This document shows positions 37,912-47,836 of a stretch of DNA of 64,000 nt, piece by piece. Source of the stretch: Myxococcota bacterium (lineage in GTDB: Bacteria > Myxococcota_A > Polyangia > Nannocystales > Nannocystaceae); contig JBCCWC010000001.1 in the NCBI GenBank assembly GCA_039194325.1, positions 207,206 through 271,205 on the forward strand. Reading direction: 5' to 3'. Under the pieces are notes generated by a model. It made no database searches. It worked only from the letters and a program-made list of their open reading frames with translations, and was not told where the DNA came from. Position numbers and translations under genes: made by a program. Numbering within the stretch: the stretch's first letter is position 1; each line of letters opens with the position of its first letter.

Positions 37912-39816
37912 TCATTCCCGATCGGCTTCGTCTTTTTCGTCCTTGTCTTTGTCCTCGCCCTCGCCCTCGCCAAAGCCCATCTCGTAGAGCTCGGCGTAGA
38001 GCCCCTTGTTGGCCATCAGCTCCTCGTGGGTGCCCTGCTCGGCGACCCGCCCCTCGCTGAGCACGAGGATCCGGTCGGCCCGGCGCACGGTGCTGAGGCG
38101 ATGGGCGATCACCAGCACGCTGCGCCCTTGCAGCAGCTGCTCGATGGCCGCCTGCACCTTTTGCTCGGTGAGGCTGTCGACGTTGGCGGTGGCCTCGTCG
38201 AGGATCAGCAGGGTGGGCTCGCGCGCGGCCACCCGGGCAAAGGCCAGCAGCTGGGCCTCGCCGGCCGAGAGGTTGTCACCCCGCTCGCCCACCGAGAACG
38301 ACAGGCCCCCGCGAGCCTGGACGACCCCCTCGGCCTGGACGACCCGCAGCGCCCGGAGCAAGCGCTCGTCGTCGCCGGCGAGCCCGGCCTCGCCCAGCGA
38401 GACGTTGAAGCCCACGTCGTCGTTGAACAGGAACACGTCCTGCTGGACCATCAGCACGTGGCGACGCAGCTGCTCGGGCGGCACGTCGCGCAGCTCGACG
38501 GCCTTGGTCCCGGCTTCGCCGTGACCGGTGAGCCCGACCGAGCCGCGGTAGCCATCGTAAAACCGGGTGATCACGCGGCCCAAGCTCGACTTGCCCGAGC
38601 CGGTACGACCGACCACCGCCACCACTTCGCCGGGGGCCACATCGAAGGAGATCCCCCGCAAGACGTCGGGCCCGTCGTCTTTGTAGCGGAACTGGAGGTC
38701 GCGTACGTGAAGACCGCCCTTCCAGCGAGCGAGCGGGTCACGAGCGTCAGGCTCGGCCCGATCCTCGGCGGGCTCGTCGAGCAGACCATAGATCCGCTCC
38801 AGCGAGGCGGCGGCGCGCTGGATCGTGGCCAGCTTGCCCGAGAACTCCTTGATGGGGCCAAAGACCCGCTGTAGGTAGTCGACGAAGGCAAACAGCAAGC
38901 CCAGCGAGATCGCCCCGTTTTCCACGGCGACCTCGGGCGCGGCAAAGTAGAGCAGCAGCGCGATGGAGAAGGCGGAGATCCCGTCCATCAGGGCGTAGAG
39001 CAGGGCATCGAGCCAGTTGGCCCGCTTGGTGGCCCGCAGGTAGCGGCTGCCCAGCCTGGCATATTGGTTGCGAGCGTCGTCCTCGCGCCCGAACAGCTGC
39101 ACCACGGTGACCCCGGCCAGCTGCTCGGCCAAAAACCCCGTCTGCCCCGCCTGAGCCTTGCGCACCTCGAGCTGCAGCCGTCGCAGGGCGGCGCCCACGT
39201 AGCGCACGAGGAAGAAGAGCACGGGGGCCACGGTGAAGCTGATGAGCGCCAGCTTGGGGCTGAGCACGAACATCGCCACGAGGATCGAGCCGATGATCAC
39301 GATGTCGCTGAGGATCGTGAACACCCCAAACGACATGGTCTCGCTGAGCGCTTCCACGTCGGTGGTGGTGCGCGTCAGCAAGCTGCCCATGGCGTGGTTG
39401 TCGAAGAAGCGATTGGGCAGGCGCAGCACGTGGGCGAACACGGTGCGCCGCACGTCGTAGATCGTGGAGTAGCCGGCGCGCTGGAGCGCGTACATCTGGG
39501 TGGCCTGGCACAAGAACTCGGCGATGACCGCCCCCAAGAAGGCCATGGCGGTCAGGCGCAGACCCAGGGCGTCCCCCCCGGGGATGTCGACGTCGACGGC
39601 GTGCTTGACCAGCAGCGGCCGCAGGGTGGACATGCCGGCCACGATGGGGATCAGGGCGAGCCCGGACAAGAGCCACCGCCGGTGGGGCCGGGCGAAGCTC
39701 CAAAAGCGCCGCAGCAGGGAGATCGCGCTGGCCTGCCGGGCCGCGGTGGGACCCTCGTCGGGTCGGCTGGCCGGGGACTTGCTCGTGGCCGAGCTCGCGG
39801 AGCGGCGGTCGCTCAT
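37912..39816 (-). CDS. Heterodimeric ABC exporter subunit (MdlB-like)
   Basis: TMD + NBD; GRTGSGKS, degenerate signature LSAGE, canonical Walker B ILDEAT. Confidence 0.93.
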   Translation of the reverse strand: MSDRRSASSATSKSPASRPDEGPTAARQASAISLLRRFWSFARPHRRWLLSGLALIPIVAGMSTLRPLLVKHAVDVDIPGGDALGLRLTAMAFLGAVIAEFLCQATQMYALQRAGYSTIYDVRRTVFAHVLRLPNRFFDNHAMGSLLTRTTTDVEALSETMSFGVFTILSDIVIIGSILVAMFVLSPKLALISFTVAPVLFFLVRYVGAALRRLQLEVRKAQAGQTGFLAEQLAGVTVVQLFGREDDARNQYARLGSRYLRATKRANWLDALLYALMDGISAFSIALLLYFAAPEVAVENGAISLGLLFAFVDYLQRVFGPIKEFSGKLATIQRAAASLERIYGLLDEPAEDRAEPDARDPLARWKGGLHVRDLQFRYKDDGPDVLRGISFDVAPGEVVAVVGRTGSGKSSLGRVITRFYDGYRGSVGLTGHGEAGTKAVELRDVPPEQLRRHVLMVQQDVFLFNDDVGFNVSLGEAGLAGDDERLLRALRVVQAEGVVQARGGLSFSVGERGDNLSAGEAQLLAFARVAAREPTLLILDEATANVDSLTEQKVQAAIEQLLQGRSVLVIAHRLSTVRRADRILVLSEGRVAEQGTHEELMANKGLYAELYEMGFGEGEGEDKDKDEKDEADRE

Positions 39817-41609
39817 GAGGGCTCCCCCCCTTCGGACTCGCTGCCCTGGTGCAGGTGGGTCTCGGCATAGAGGCCACCCCGAGCCACCAGCTGGGCGTGC
39901 GTGCCCCGCTCGACCACGCGGCCATGGTCGAGCACGAGGATCTCATCGGCGTGCTCGAGCACGCTGGTGCGGTGCGAGACGATGACGGTGGTGGGGGACT
40001 CGTTGGTCAGGGTGCCGCCCCGTAGGTTGCGGATCGCCTCCACCAGCCGCGCCTCGGTGCCCTGGTCGACGGCCGAGAGCACGTCGTCGAGCAGCAGCAA
40101 GGGCCGCATGCGATAGAGCGCCCGGGCCAGCGAGGCCCGCTGCCGCTGCCCGCCCGAGAGCATGACCCCGCGCTCGCCGACCACGGTGGCCAGCCCGTCG
40201 GGCAGCTGACGCACGTCCTCTTCGAGGCAGGCCGCGGCGAGCACCTCGCGCAGGCGCGCGTCGTCGTCGTCTTGGGTCGCACGATCCGCCCATGGATCGG
40301 CCTCGGCCAGGCGTAGGTTCTCGCGCAGCGTGGTCGAGAACAGGAAGGGCGACTGAGGCACCACGGCGGTCGCCTCCCGCAGCACCCCCAGGTCCACCGA
40401 GGTCACGTCGCACTCGTCGACGAACACGCTGCCCGGGGGCGGGGTCTGGACCCGAGCGAGTAGGTTGATGAGCGTGGTCTTGCCCGAGCCGGTCTTGCCA
40501 AAGATCCCCAGCGTGGTGCCCGGCGCGACGTCAGCGGATACGTCGTAGAGGGCCGGCTCGTCGCCGTCGGCGTAGGTGAAGGTGAGGTTGCGCAGTGACA
40601 GCCGGGGAGGATCGGCGAGCGTGACCGCCTCCTCGACCGGCGGCAGATCGGCCGGGGTGTCGACCACCTTCTCGATGCGACCGAGCGACACGATCCCGCG
40701 CGAGATCGCGGCGAGCACCCAGGCCAACGCCATCAAGATCCCCACCAGCGACAGCAGCAACGCGGTGAAGGTGGCCAGGTTGCCCACCGGCATGAGTCCG
40801 TCGAGCACCCGCTGGCCGCCCACCCACAGCACGATGCCGGCCGCCACCATGCCCGAGACGCCCAAGATCGGCATGCCGAAGGCCCGGATCGCGGTCACCC
40901 GCAGCTGCAGGCGCAGGTACTCGCCGTTGCGCTCCTCGAAGCGGTCGAGCGCGGCCTGTTCGGCGGCGTGGGCCCGCACGGTCCCGATGCCGGTGTAGGT
41001 CTCGAGCACGCGATCGGACAGCCGCGCCAGCAGCTGCATGGACTCGCGGATCATCCCGAAGAAGCGCCGGACGGTCCACCGCATGTAGAGCGCCCCCAGC
41101 GTCACCGGGGCCAAGCACCACAGGGTGAGCACCGGGTCGGTGGCCCACATCTGGTAGAGGTGCAGGGGGATCGCGACCAACACGTTGCACACCTGTAGGC
41201 CGGCAAAGCCCACCAGCAAGCGAACGGCTTGGGTGTCGTTGCTCGCGATGCTCGTGAGCTCCCCGACCTTGTGCCGCATGTAGAAGGGCCGCTGCAGGCT
41301 CAGCAGGTGGCCGAAGATGTCGACCCCCAGGCGATACTCGATGTCGCGGCCGGGGTTGAAGAACAGCACCCGCGACAGGGTGCGCACCACCATGACCGTC
41401 AGGCCGAGTATCACCAGCTCGATGGCGAGGTTCTGGCTGTCGTGCAGGGCCTGGGAGCCCCCGATCTCCAGCACGTTGAGCGCCTCGCCGATGATCGCGG
41501 GGATCCGAACCACCACGTAGTTGGTAGCGAACAACATCACCCCGCCCAGCGCGTACTGGGGGATGTTCTGCCGCGCGTAGCGGTACAGGAAGCGGAAGAC
41601 GCTGTTCAC
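39813..41609 (-). CDS. Heterodimeric ABC exporter subunit (MdlA-like)
   Basis: TMD + NBD; GKTGSGKT, LSGGQ, degenerate Walker B LLDDVL. Confidence 0.93.
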   Translation of the reverse strand: MNSVFRFLYRYARQNIPQYALGGVMLFATNYVVVRIPAIIGEALNVLEIGGSQALHDSQNLAIELVILGLTVMVVRTLSRVLFFNPGRDIEYRLGVDIFGHLLSLQRPFYMRHKVGELTSIASNDTQAVRLLVGFAGLQVCNVLVAIPLHLYQMWATDPVLTLWCLAPVTLGALYMRWTVRRFFGMIRESMQLLARLSDRVLETYTGIGTVRAHAAEQAALDRFEERNGEYLRLQLRVTAIRAFGMPILGVSGMVAAGIVLWVGGQRVLDGLMPVGNLATFTALLLSLVGILMALAWVLAAISRGIVSLGRIEKVVDTPADLPPVEEAVTLADPPRLSLRNLTFTYADGDEPALYDVSADVAPGTTLGIFGKTGSGKTTLINLLARVQTPPPGSVFVDECDVTSVDLGVLREATAVVPQSPFLFSTTLRENLRLAEADPWADRATQDDDDARLREVLAAACLEEDVRQLPDGLATVVGERGVMLSGGQRQRASLARALYRMRPLLLLDDVLSAVDQGTEARLVEAIRNLRGGTLTNESPTTVIVSHRTSVLEHADEILVLDHGRVVERGTHAQLVARGGLYAETHLHQGSESEGGEPS

Positions 41610-41763
41610 GGGGACGTGCGCGGGGCGCCGGCCCCGAACATACGTCGGTCGCGCCGACTTCGGGACGACACCGAGCGCGACCGGGTTACTAGGCCCGCAA
41701 CAGGGGCATAGCCCGGTACCCGGCGGGGCGCGGGGCGCGGGGCGCCCCAGTCAACCAGGGCTT

Positions 41764-41812
41764 AACGGGGGCTCAACGGGGGCTCAACGGGGCTCAACGG
41801 GGGCTCAACGGG
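41764..41812. repeat. ~11-bp tandem repeat (AACGGGGGCTC, ~4.5 copies)
   Basis: Read directly. Confidence 0.8.
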
Positions 41813-41822
41813 GACTCGGTGC

Positions 41823-42458
41823 TCACTTCTCGGGCTTGTAGTCCTCGTTGACCTTGAGGGTCTCGTCCTTATCGATGGCCTCGAGCTCCTTGTCGAGCTC
41901 GTCGAGCTGCTTGCGGATGTCCGCAAGCCCGGTCGCGAAGCCCTCCTCGGCGGAGATCTCGGGCCCAAGGTCGCCGTTGAGGTTCTGGAACGCGCGGTAC
42001 ATCCCCACCAGCTTGGCCTGGATGTCGATCTGCGATCCGCCCTCCATGAGCTTCTTATAGTCCTCGTCGAGGGCCTTGTTGTCCTCTTTGTACGTTTCGA
42101 AGAACTTGTCGAACGCCTTTTGGGCGTCCTTGGCCTTGGCCCACTTGGGCGCGTCCTTCTCGGCACGATCGAGCTGCTTGCGGATCGTCCCGAGCATCGC
42201 TCGGTGCTCGGCCAGCCGGGTCTTGACCCACTCGCGCTCGCCCTTGCGCATGGTGGCGATGTTCTCCTCGGCGAGCTCGTCCTTGTCCTTGAACCCCGCC
42301 TTGCGGCGAGCCTCGGCGAGCTCCTCGGGCGTCATCTTGGGCTTCTTGGGCTTATTGCTCTTGGGCGCCTTTTGGGGCTCGAGCTCGACCTTGGCTTGCC
42401 CGGTGTCGCAGGCGGTCAGCCCCAACACGAGCGCGGCGGCACAGACTAGCGATCGCAT
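41823..42458 (-). CDS. Lys/Glu-rich helical lipoprotein
   Basis: GGAG SD; LTAC lipobox; coiled-coil character. Confidence 0.8.
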   Translation of the reverse strand: MRSLVCAAALVLGLTACDTGQAKVELEPQKAPKSNKPKKPKMTPEELAEARRKAGFKDKDELAEENIATMRKGEREWVKTRLAEHRAMLGTIRKQLDRAEKDAPKWAKAKDAQKAFDKFFETYKEDNKALDEDYKKLMEGGSQIDIQAKLVGMYRAFQNLNGDLGPEISAEEGFATGLADIRKQLDELDKELEAIDKDETLKVNEDYKPEK

Positions 42459-42850
42459 CTTGCTGCTCCCTCGAAGTGAAACGGACCTTACCCGAATCGC
42501 CCCGGAGGCCCAACCGGCAAGAGACAAGGCGTACGCCTCCCCGAGCCGGGCAATGCCAGGGTTTTCCATGAGAACGGCCGGTTAGGAGGGGTTCCGGCCT
42601 CAGGGTCGGTGCTGGGCTACCGCGAGGAACAACTCGGCCATTGCGGGGAAGCGGCCCTCGAACGCTGATCCGAGGGCCCTTCGAGGGAAGTCACTCGTGA
42701 TGCCCGGGTTGCGAAACATCACGAGGATGGCCCCTCATCAAGTCATCCGATCGCTCGATCGCGGGGCGAGCCTCGGCGTTCCAGCAGCAGGCTCGGGCGA
42801 GGTCACGGCGGGGTCACCCCGACCTCCGGACCTCGGAGCACCGCGGGCTG

Positions 42851-43705
42851 CTAGAGGTTCTCCTGGCAAAAGTCCTCGACGGCGAACACGTAGGGCTGTA
42901 GGGCCGCCTCTTCCGCGGGAGTGTAGACCGGGGCCGCGGCGCACGAGGGCGAGGTCAGGATGTCCAGGGTGTAGTCAGCAAACGTGTCCAGCTGGCCCTG
43001 GCAGGCGCCCGCGTCGCCGTAGAGCTCGGAGAGCTCCCACTGATCGCCGTCGTACTCGAACCCGGCGGTGACCAGGTCGCCGAGCTGCAGCTCGATCTCC
43101 ACATAGAAAAAGGACGTGCTGTCGGGATCGATGTCGGCCGCGACCGGAGCATCGCCGGCCTCACAGGTCCCTCCCCCTCCGCCCGGGCCGCCGCTGGGAT
43201 CGACCGGAGGCGGCTGCCAGTCGTTGCAAGAGAACGACTGCGAGCGCAGCTGACCCAAGGTCGACGCGAAGCTCGAGATCGACTCCGAGCTCAGCAGGTT
43301 CCAGGTGTTGGGCGCGTCATAGACGTGGGCCTCGGCCGAGGCGTCGTCGCAGCCGATCACCGCGATCACGTAGTGCTGGAAGTCCTCGAGCTGCTCTTGG
43401 TCGACGACCCCAGGGCCCAGGATCTGAGCGCTGGTCGACAGCGGAATGGTCGAGGGATCGAAGCTCTCGAACTGAATGTCGACGGGGACCGCGTCGAAGC
43501 CGTCGACGATGGTCTCGATGGTCAGGACATAGACATAGTCTTCCAGATCCCAGTCGTACTCCCACGAGTGATAGTAGTCGTGGATCTGCGGGTGATCGCC
43601 GGAGGCAGCCAGGGCCGTGGCGGGGCCGAGGGCCACCACGGCGAGGGTCGCAAGCGCGCTGCGATGGATCCGAGCAAGGGGTCGGTGCGTGATCATGGTG
43701 AACAT
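42851..43705 (-). CDS. Secreted acidic hypothetical protein
   Basis: Signal peptide ending ALA; two domains separated by a Pro/Gly linker. Confidence 0.7.
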   Translation of the reverse strand: MFTMITHRPLARIHRSALATLAVVALGPATALAASGDHPQIHDYYHSWEYDWDLEDYVYVLTIETIVDGFDAVPVDIQFESFDPSTIPLSTSAQILGPGVVDQEQLEDFQHYVIAVIGCDDASAEAHVYDAPNTWNLLSSESISSFASTLGQLRSQSFSCNDWQPPPVDPSGGPGGGGGTCEAGDAPVAADIDPDSTSFFYVEIELQLGDLVTAGFEYDGDQWELSELYGDAGACQGQLDTFADYTLDILTSPSCAAAPVYTPAEEAALQPYVFAVEDFCQENL

Positions 43706-44018
43706 CCCAGGTCGTCGGGCGTCTCCCGACGGCGGTCAAGGTGAACCGCAACGGGCCACTGGAAAAGGCCGGGACGCCGAGACAACCATCACGGGGCGTG
43801 TTCGGGCGTGTCACTCGATTGCAACGTGAGCCCCAAGGTGTAGCGACGGGCGGCGATGCGCGGCGGCGCTCGCCGGGTGCGCGAAGGCATGCCGTGGTGT
43901 CGTCGGCCGACCCCGCATCGAGGATCCGGGGAAGAACACGGTCTGCGGCTCGAAAATCGACCCCTGAGCCTGCGCAGCGAGCACCGGGCTCACCGGGCAG
44001 ATCTATGCTGCTCGGGTC

Positions 44019-45284
44019 ATGACCCTCGGCATGTTCCAGAAGTTGAACGAGCACTACGGACAAGATCCCGAGCAGGCCAAGTTCTTCTGGTCGGGCGGAC
44101 CCGTGGAAGTAGCCGAGCGCACATGGTTCGTGTCGTTCTTCAGCGGGGTCACCGGCTTCGAGACAGACGAGGGGTTGGTGCTAGTGGACTCGGGGCTGTC
44201 TCGGCTCGCTCCCGCGCTCGACCAGATGCTGCGACGCAAGACCAGCGCACCGGTGCACACGGCCGTGTTCACCCAGGGGCACGTGGACCACGCCTTTGGG
44301 CTCGCGGCGTTCTTGCGCGAGGGCCAGCCGGCCCCAAGGGTGGTGGCTCACCGCGCGATGCCGGCCCGCTTCGACCGGTATGAGCGCACGTCGGGTCACA
44401 ACCAGGCGATCAATGCTCGCCAGTTCGGCGGCACGGTGGAGATGAGCGACTCACAGCTCGACACCTTCCGCGCCCCACAGTACGCCCCCGACACCCTGTA
44501 CGACCAACGCTTCGACTTCACGGTGGGGGGGGTGCGCTTCGAGGTCCATCACTGCCGGGGAGAGACCGACGATCACAGCTTTGTGTGGTGTCCCGACCGG
44601 GAGGTGCTGTGCCCGGGCGACCTGTTCATCTGGGCGGTCCCCAACGCCGGCAACCCGCAAAAGGTGCAGCGCTACCCCTGGGACTGGGCCGCGGGGCTCC
44701 GAGCCATGGCCGCCCTGGGGGCCCGGAGCCTGTGTCCCGGGCACGGGGGGCCGGTGGTGGACGATCCCAAGAAGATCCGGCGCATGCTGGAGGAGACCGC
44801 GGATCTGCTCGATCTGATCGTCGAGCGCACCCTCGACGTCCTCAACGCCGGCTCACCACCACACGTGGACATCGTGCACCGCGTGCGCCTGCCGGTGCGG
44901 GAGGCACCGTGGCTCCAGCCGGTCTACGACGAGGCGGAGTTCATCGTGCGCAACGTGATCCGCTACTTCGGCGGGTGGTGGAGCGGGCGACCCAGCGAGC
45001 TCAAGCCCGCGCCGCGCAGCCGGGTGGCGGACGAGCTGGCGGCCCTGGCCGGGGGGCCCCTCGCGCTGGTGGCCCGCGCGGAGGCCCTGGCCAACGAGGG
45101 CGACCTGCGAACGGCCTGTCATCTGGCCGACTACGCGCTCGAGGCCGCCCCGGAGGACCCGGAGCTGGCTCACCGAGTGGCGACGATCTACGAGCGACGA
45201 TCCCAGGGCGAGACGAGCCTGATGGCGATCAACCTCTATAGCTCGGCGGCCGCATACGCGCGGGCGGGCCGTCCGTTCAAGTAG
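44019..45284 (+). CDS. Alkyl-sulfatase-like metallo-beta-lactamase fold hydrolase
   Basis: LVDSG, TQGHVDH, GETDDH, GDL, PNAGNPQK, PGHG; C-terminal dimerisation helices. Confidence 0.88.
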   Translation: MTLGMFQKLNEHYGQDPEQAKFFWSGGPVEVAERTWFVSFFSGVTGFETDEGLVLVDSGLSRLAPALDQMLRRKTSAPVHTAVFTQGHVDHAFGLAAFLREGQPAPRVVAHRAMPARFDRYERTSGHNQAINARQFGGTVEMSDSQLDTFRAPQYAPDTLYDQRFDFTVGGVRFEVHHCRGETDDHSFVWCPDREVLCPGDLFIWAVPNAGNPQKVQRYPWDWAAGLRAMAALGARSLCPGHGGPVVDDPKKIRRMLEETADLLDLIVERTLDVLNAGSPPHVDIVHRVRLPVREAPWLQPVYDEAEFIVRNVIRYFGGWWSGRPSELKPAPRSRVADELAALAGGPLALVARAEALANEGDLRTACHLADYALEAAPEDPELAHRVATIYERRSQGETSLMAINLYSSAAAYARAGRPFK

Positions 45285-45536
45285 GGCGCGAGCGAGCAAC
45301 TCTGCGGCGATCCACCGTACTGAACGTTCGATATCATCCTCGCTGTATCTTTCACGGCTTTCATAATTAGGGCGTTGCATTTTTCTCGACAAAAAACTTG
45401 CCGCGATCCGATCGTCGGGCTATCCCTTCTGACCCGCCGGACAACGCATCGCGGTCTCTTCTGAGATCGGGCGAGGCGAAGCGCCGGCCACTACGTGTCA
45501 CCCCTTGGGGTGCTCGAACCTACGCGGGAGATCCCC

Positions 45537-46247
45537 ATGCGCGCTCATACCTTTGCTCTGTCGATGGCCCTGCTGGCCCTGCCGGCCCTGCTGGCCATTG
45601 GCTGCGATTCCGCCGACTTCGAGCCCGAGACGGCCGAAGAACGCGCCGAGCTACCCCCTCAGCACCTGCCTCTCGAAGGCTCGCCCACCGCCTACGGCAT
45701 GCTGCGGGTGGTCAACGAGCTGCCCTTGGCCACGCTCGATCGCGAGGTCGCGCTCGACCGACGTGCGGCCCAGAGCATCGTCGGGTTCCGAGCAGGCCCA
45801 GACGGGCTGCTCGACACGGCCGATGATCGCTATGTGGACAGCATCGCGCAGCTCGACGAGCTGCACTGGCTGGGCGAGGCGAACCTGTGGACGATCCAGC
45901 ACCACGCCCTGCTCGAAGGTTTCGTACCCGAGTCGCTGCCGATCGCCCGCTGCCCCGCCGTGCTCGCCGAGGTGGTCGACCAGTGCCTGCGCTTCACCGA
46001 GCAGGCCGCCACGGGCGAAGCGACCATGGACGATCTCGTCCCCAGCTGCCTCGAGCAGAGCGAGCCGAGCTGCCCCTCGTCCGAGTTCTTCGCCCAACAG
46101 GGCATGGTCGACTACGAGGATCCGATGCTCGGATATCACGCGCTATTGTGCGATTCCGAGGCACCGGCCGAGCCGTGCGCGCTGGGGGTGGCGGGCATGG
46201 CCGCACACTTCGGGCCACACTGCGACGCGCTCTACGACGCGGGTTAG
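45537..46247 (+). CDS. Hypothetical lipoprotein (HhH-like GPDG..TADD segment)
   Basis: GGAG SD; AIGC lipobox; LDRRAAQSIV..RAGPDG. Confidence 0.72.
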   Translation: MRAHTFALSMALLALPALLAIGCDSADFEPETAEERAELPPQHLPLEGSPTAYGMLRVVNELPLATLDREVALDRRAAQSIVGFRAGPDGLLDTADDRYVDSIAQLDELHWLGEANLWTIQHHALLEGFVPESLPIARCPAVLAEVVDQCLRFTEQAATGEATMDDLVPSCLEQSEPSCPSSEFFAQQGMVDYEDPMLGYHALLCDSEAPAEPCALGVAGMAAHFGPHCDALYDAG

Positions 46248-46295
46248 TGATTGGATCGAGCGCCGCTCCGCCGCCGCCGACCCGGCCACCCCGCC

Positions 46296-47657
46296 TTACC
46301 CGGTGCTGACCAGGCTCAAGCCCCAGCCGGTCATGTCACTATAAGTATACGGCCCGGTGAGCCCCTGGTACTGCTGCCAGGTCTGCGTGGCGGGATCGAT
46401 CTTGAAGGCGCTGTCGGTCTGGTCGACCATCCACACATAACCGTCGAAGTCGATGCTGATCCCCCGTGAGTTGGGGGTGACCGCGGTCATATCGATGGTC
46501 TGCATGATGGCCATGGTCTCCACGTCGAACGCGATGACCCCGCGGGTGGTCTCCCAGGGATACATCGCCATCCACATGCGCCCGTTCGCGTCCTCCTGGA
46601 TCCCCAGGCCGGTGACGCCAGGGAGCGTCTGCCAGGTGGCGGTCATCGGATCGTAGCGGGTGCTCCCCCCCTGATAACCGGCTAGCCACACGCGATTGCT
46701 GGAATCGATGGTGATCCCATAGGGCGCCACGGGGTCGGGTACGTCGAAGATCTCGTAGCTCGCCCCATCGGCGCTCACGTGCACCAGCGGGTGGGGCAAG
46801 CCGGAATCGCGAGAGTGGAACCAAAAGTCGTTGTTGGCGTCGACCGCCCCGCCGTAGGGCCCAAAGCCACCCGAGCTGAGCTCGGGCACGGGGACCTGCA
46901 CCTCGATCGTGCCCGTGTCCCCGTCGAGGCGCATGGCCACCACGGTGCCCGCGCTGTTGGCCACCGAGGCGGTGGTCCAGATCTTCTGATCGAGGTAGGC
47001 ACACTGGTCCTCGTCGAAGGTCCCCGAGGTCCAGGCAACCGGGCGCTGCTGGTTTTGGTTGACCGGCGTGTACCAGGCCAGGCACTCCTCGGTCCCCCAC
47101 GGGAGGATGTCGGCCGCACCGCTCGAGGTCTGGATCCCGGGGGTGCCGTTGCTCTCCTGGCAGCGATCTTGCTGAGCGTAGATCTTGGCGACCCCGCCGA
47201 AGCGGTTGGCGACCGCCACGTCGCCGACGAGGTTGACCGAGGTGCGAGAGGGGTTGCCCGCCGAGTCGGGTCGCACGATATAGCGCCCGAGCTCGGTGAG
47301 GGTCTGGGTGTCGATCTTGGAGACCGTGCCCTGGGCCGAGTTGGCGACCCAGATGTACGAGAAGTCGAGGCCTCCCCCTTGCCCGCACCCGGGCACGTCG
47401 GGTACGCCCACGTCGAACAAAGGTCCGTCGGCCGAGCCATCGGCCGAGCTGGTGGGTGAGCCGGTGATCTCGGCCGAAGCCCCCATGCTCGCGTCACCCG
47501 TGCTGGGAGCCGTGCCGGTGGGATCGGTCTCGCTCGTGTTCGGCGGCCCGAGGCTGGTCGGGCCCACGTCGGCATCAGCCCGACCGCCATCGTCTCCGCC
47601 ACAGGCCAGGGCGAGCGTGGGCAACAGGGCCAAGGTCCACATCGTCGTGCGCATCAT
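46296..47657 (-). CDS. Lipoprotein with beta-propeller (Vgb/NHL-like) domain
   Basis: ALAC lipobox; YIWVANS..GTVSKIDT, PSRTSV, PYGITID, PYTYSDMTG. Confidence 0.8.
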   Translation of the reverse strand: MMRTTMWTLALLPTLALACGGDDGGRADADVGPTSLGPPNTSETDPTGTAPSTGDASMGASAEITGSPTSSADGSADGPLFDVGVPDVPGCGQGGGLDFSYIWVANSAQGTVSKIDTQTLTELGRYIVRPDSAGNPSRTSVNLVGDVAVANRFGGVAKIYAQQDRCQESNGTPGIQTSSGAADILPWGTEECLAWYTPVNQNQQRPVAWTSGTFDEDQCAYLDQKIWTTASVANSAGTVVAMRLDGDTGTIEVQVPVPELSSGGFGPYGGAVDANNDFWFHSRDSGLPHPLVHVSADGASYEIFDVPDPVAPYGITIDSSNRVWLAGYQGGSTRYDPMTATWQTLPGVTGLGIQEDANGRMWMAMYPWETTRGVIAFDVETMAIMQTIDMTAVTPNSRGISIDFDGYVWMVDQTDSAFKIDPATQTWQQYQGLTGPYTYSDMTGWGLSLVSTG

Positions 47658-47770
47658 CAAGCTCTTTTGCCTGCATCTTTCTAAGTCACGAAAGCGGCCG
47701 CAGCCAAGGGGCACGACGCCGAGGAGGAACACGCGGACGCCCGCGGGTCGGATCGACGCGCGAGGCGTCG

Positions 47771-47804
47771 AAAAACAAACCCCACCGCCGATCCAGCGGT
47801 GGGG
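47771..47804 (-). terminator. Intrinsic terminator
   Basis: CCCCACCGC/GCGGTGGGG stem with a U-rich tail on the minus strand. Confidence 0.7.
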
Positions 47805-47836
47805 CGTGCTCCATCCCCGTCGATGTGACGCCGCCG

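Noticed and set aside
37912..41609. Degenerate ABC motifs as a sign of pseudogenes
   Set aside because: The complementary asymmetric sites are normal for heterodimeric exporters.
45300..45400. AT-rich patch as a mobile-element scar
   Set aside because: Short, with no terminal repeats; more simply a promoter region for the downstream lipoprotein.
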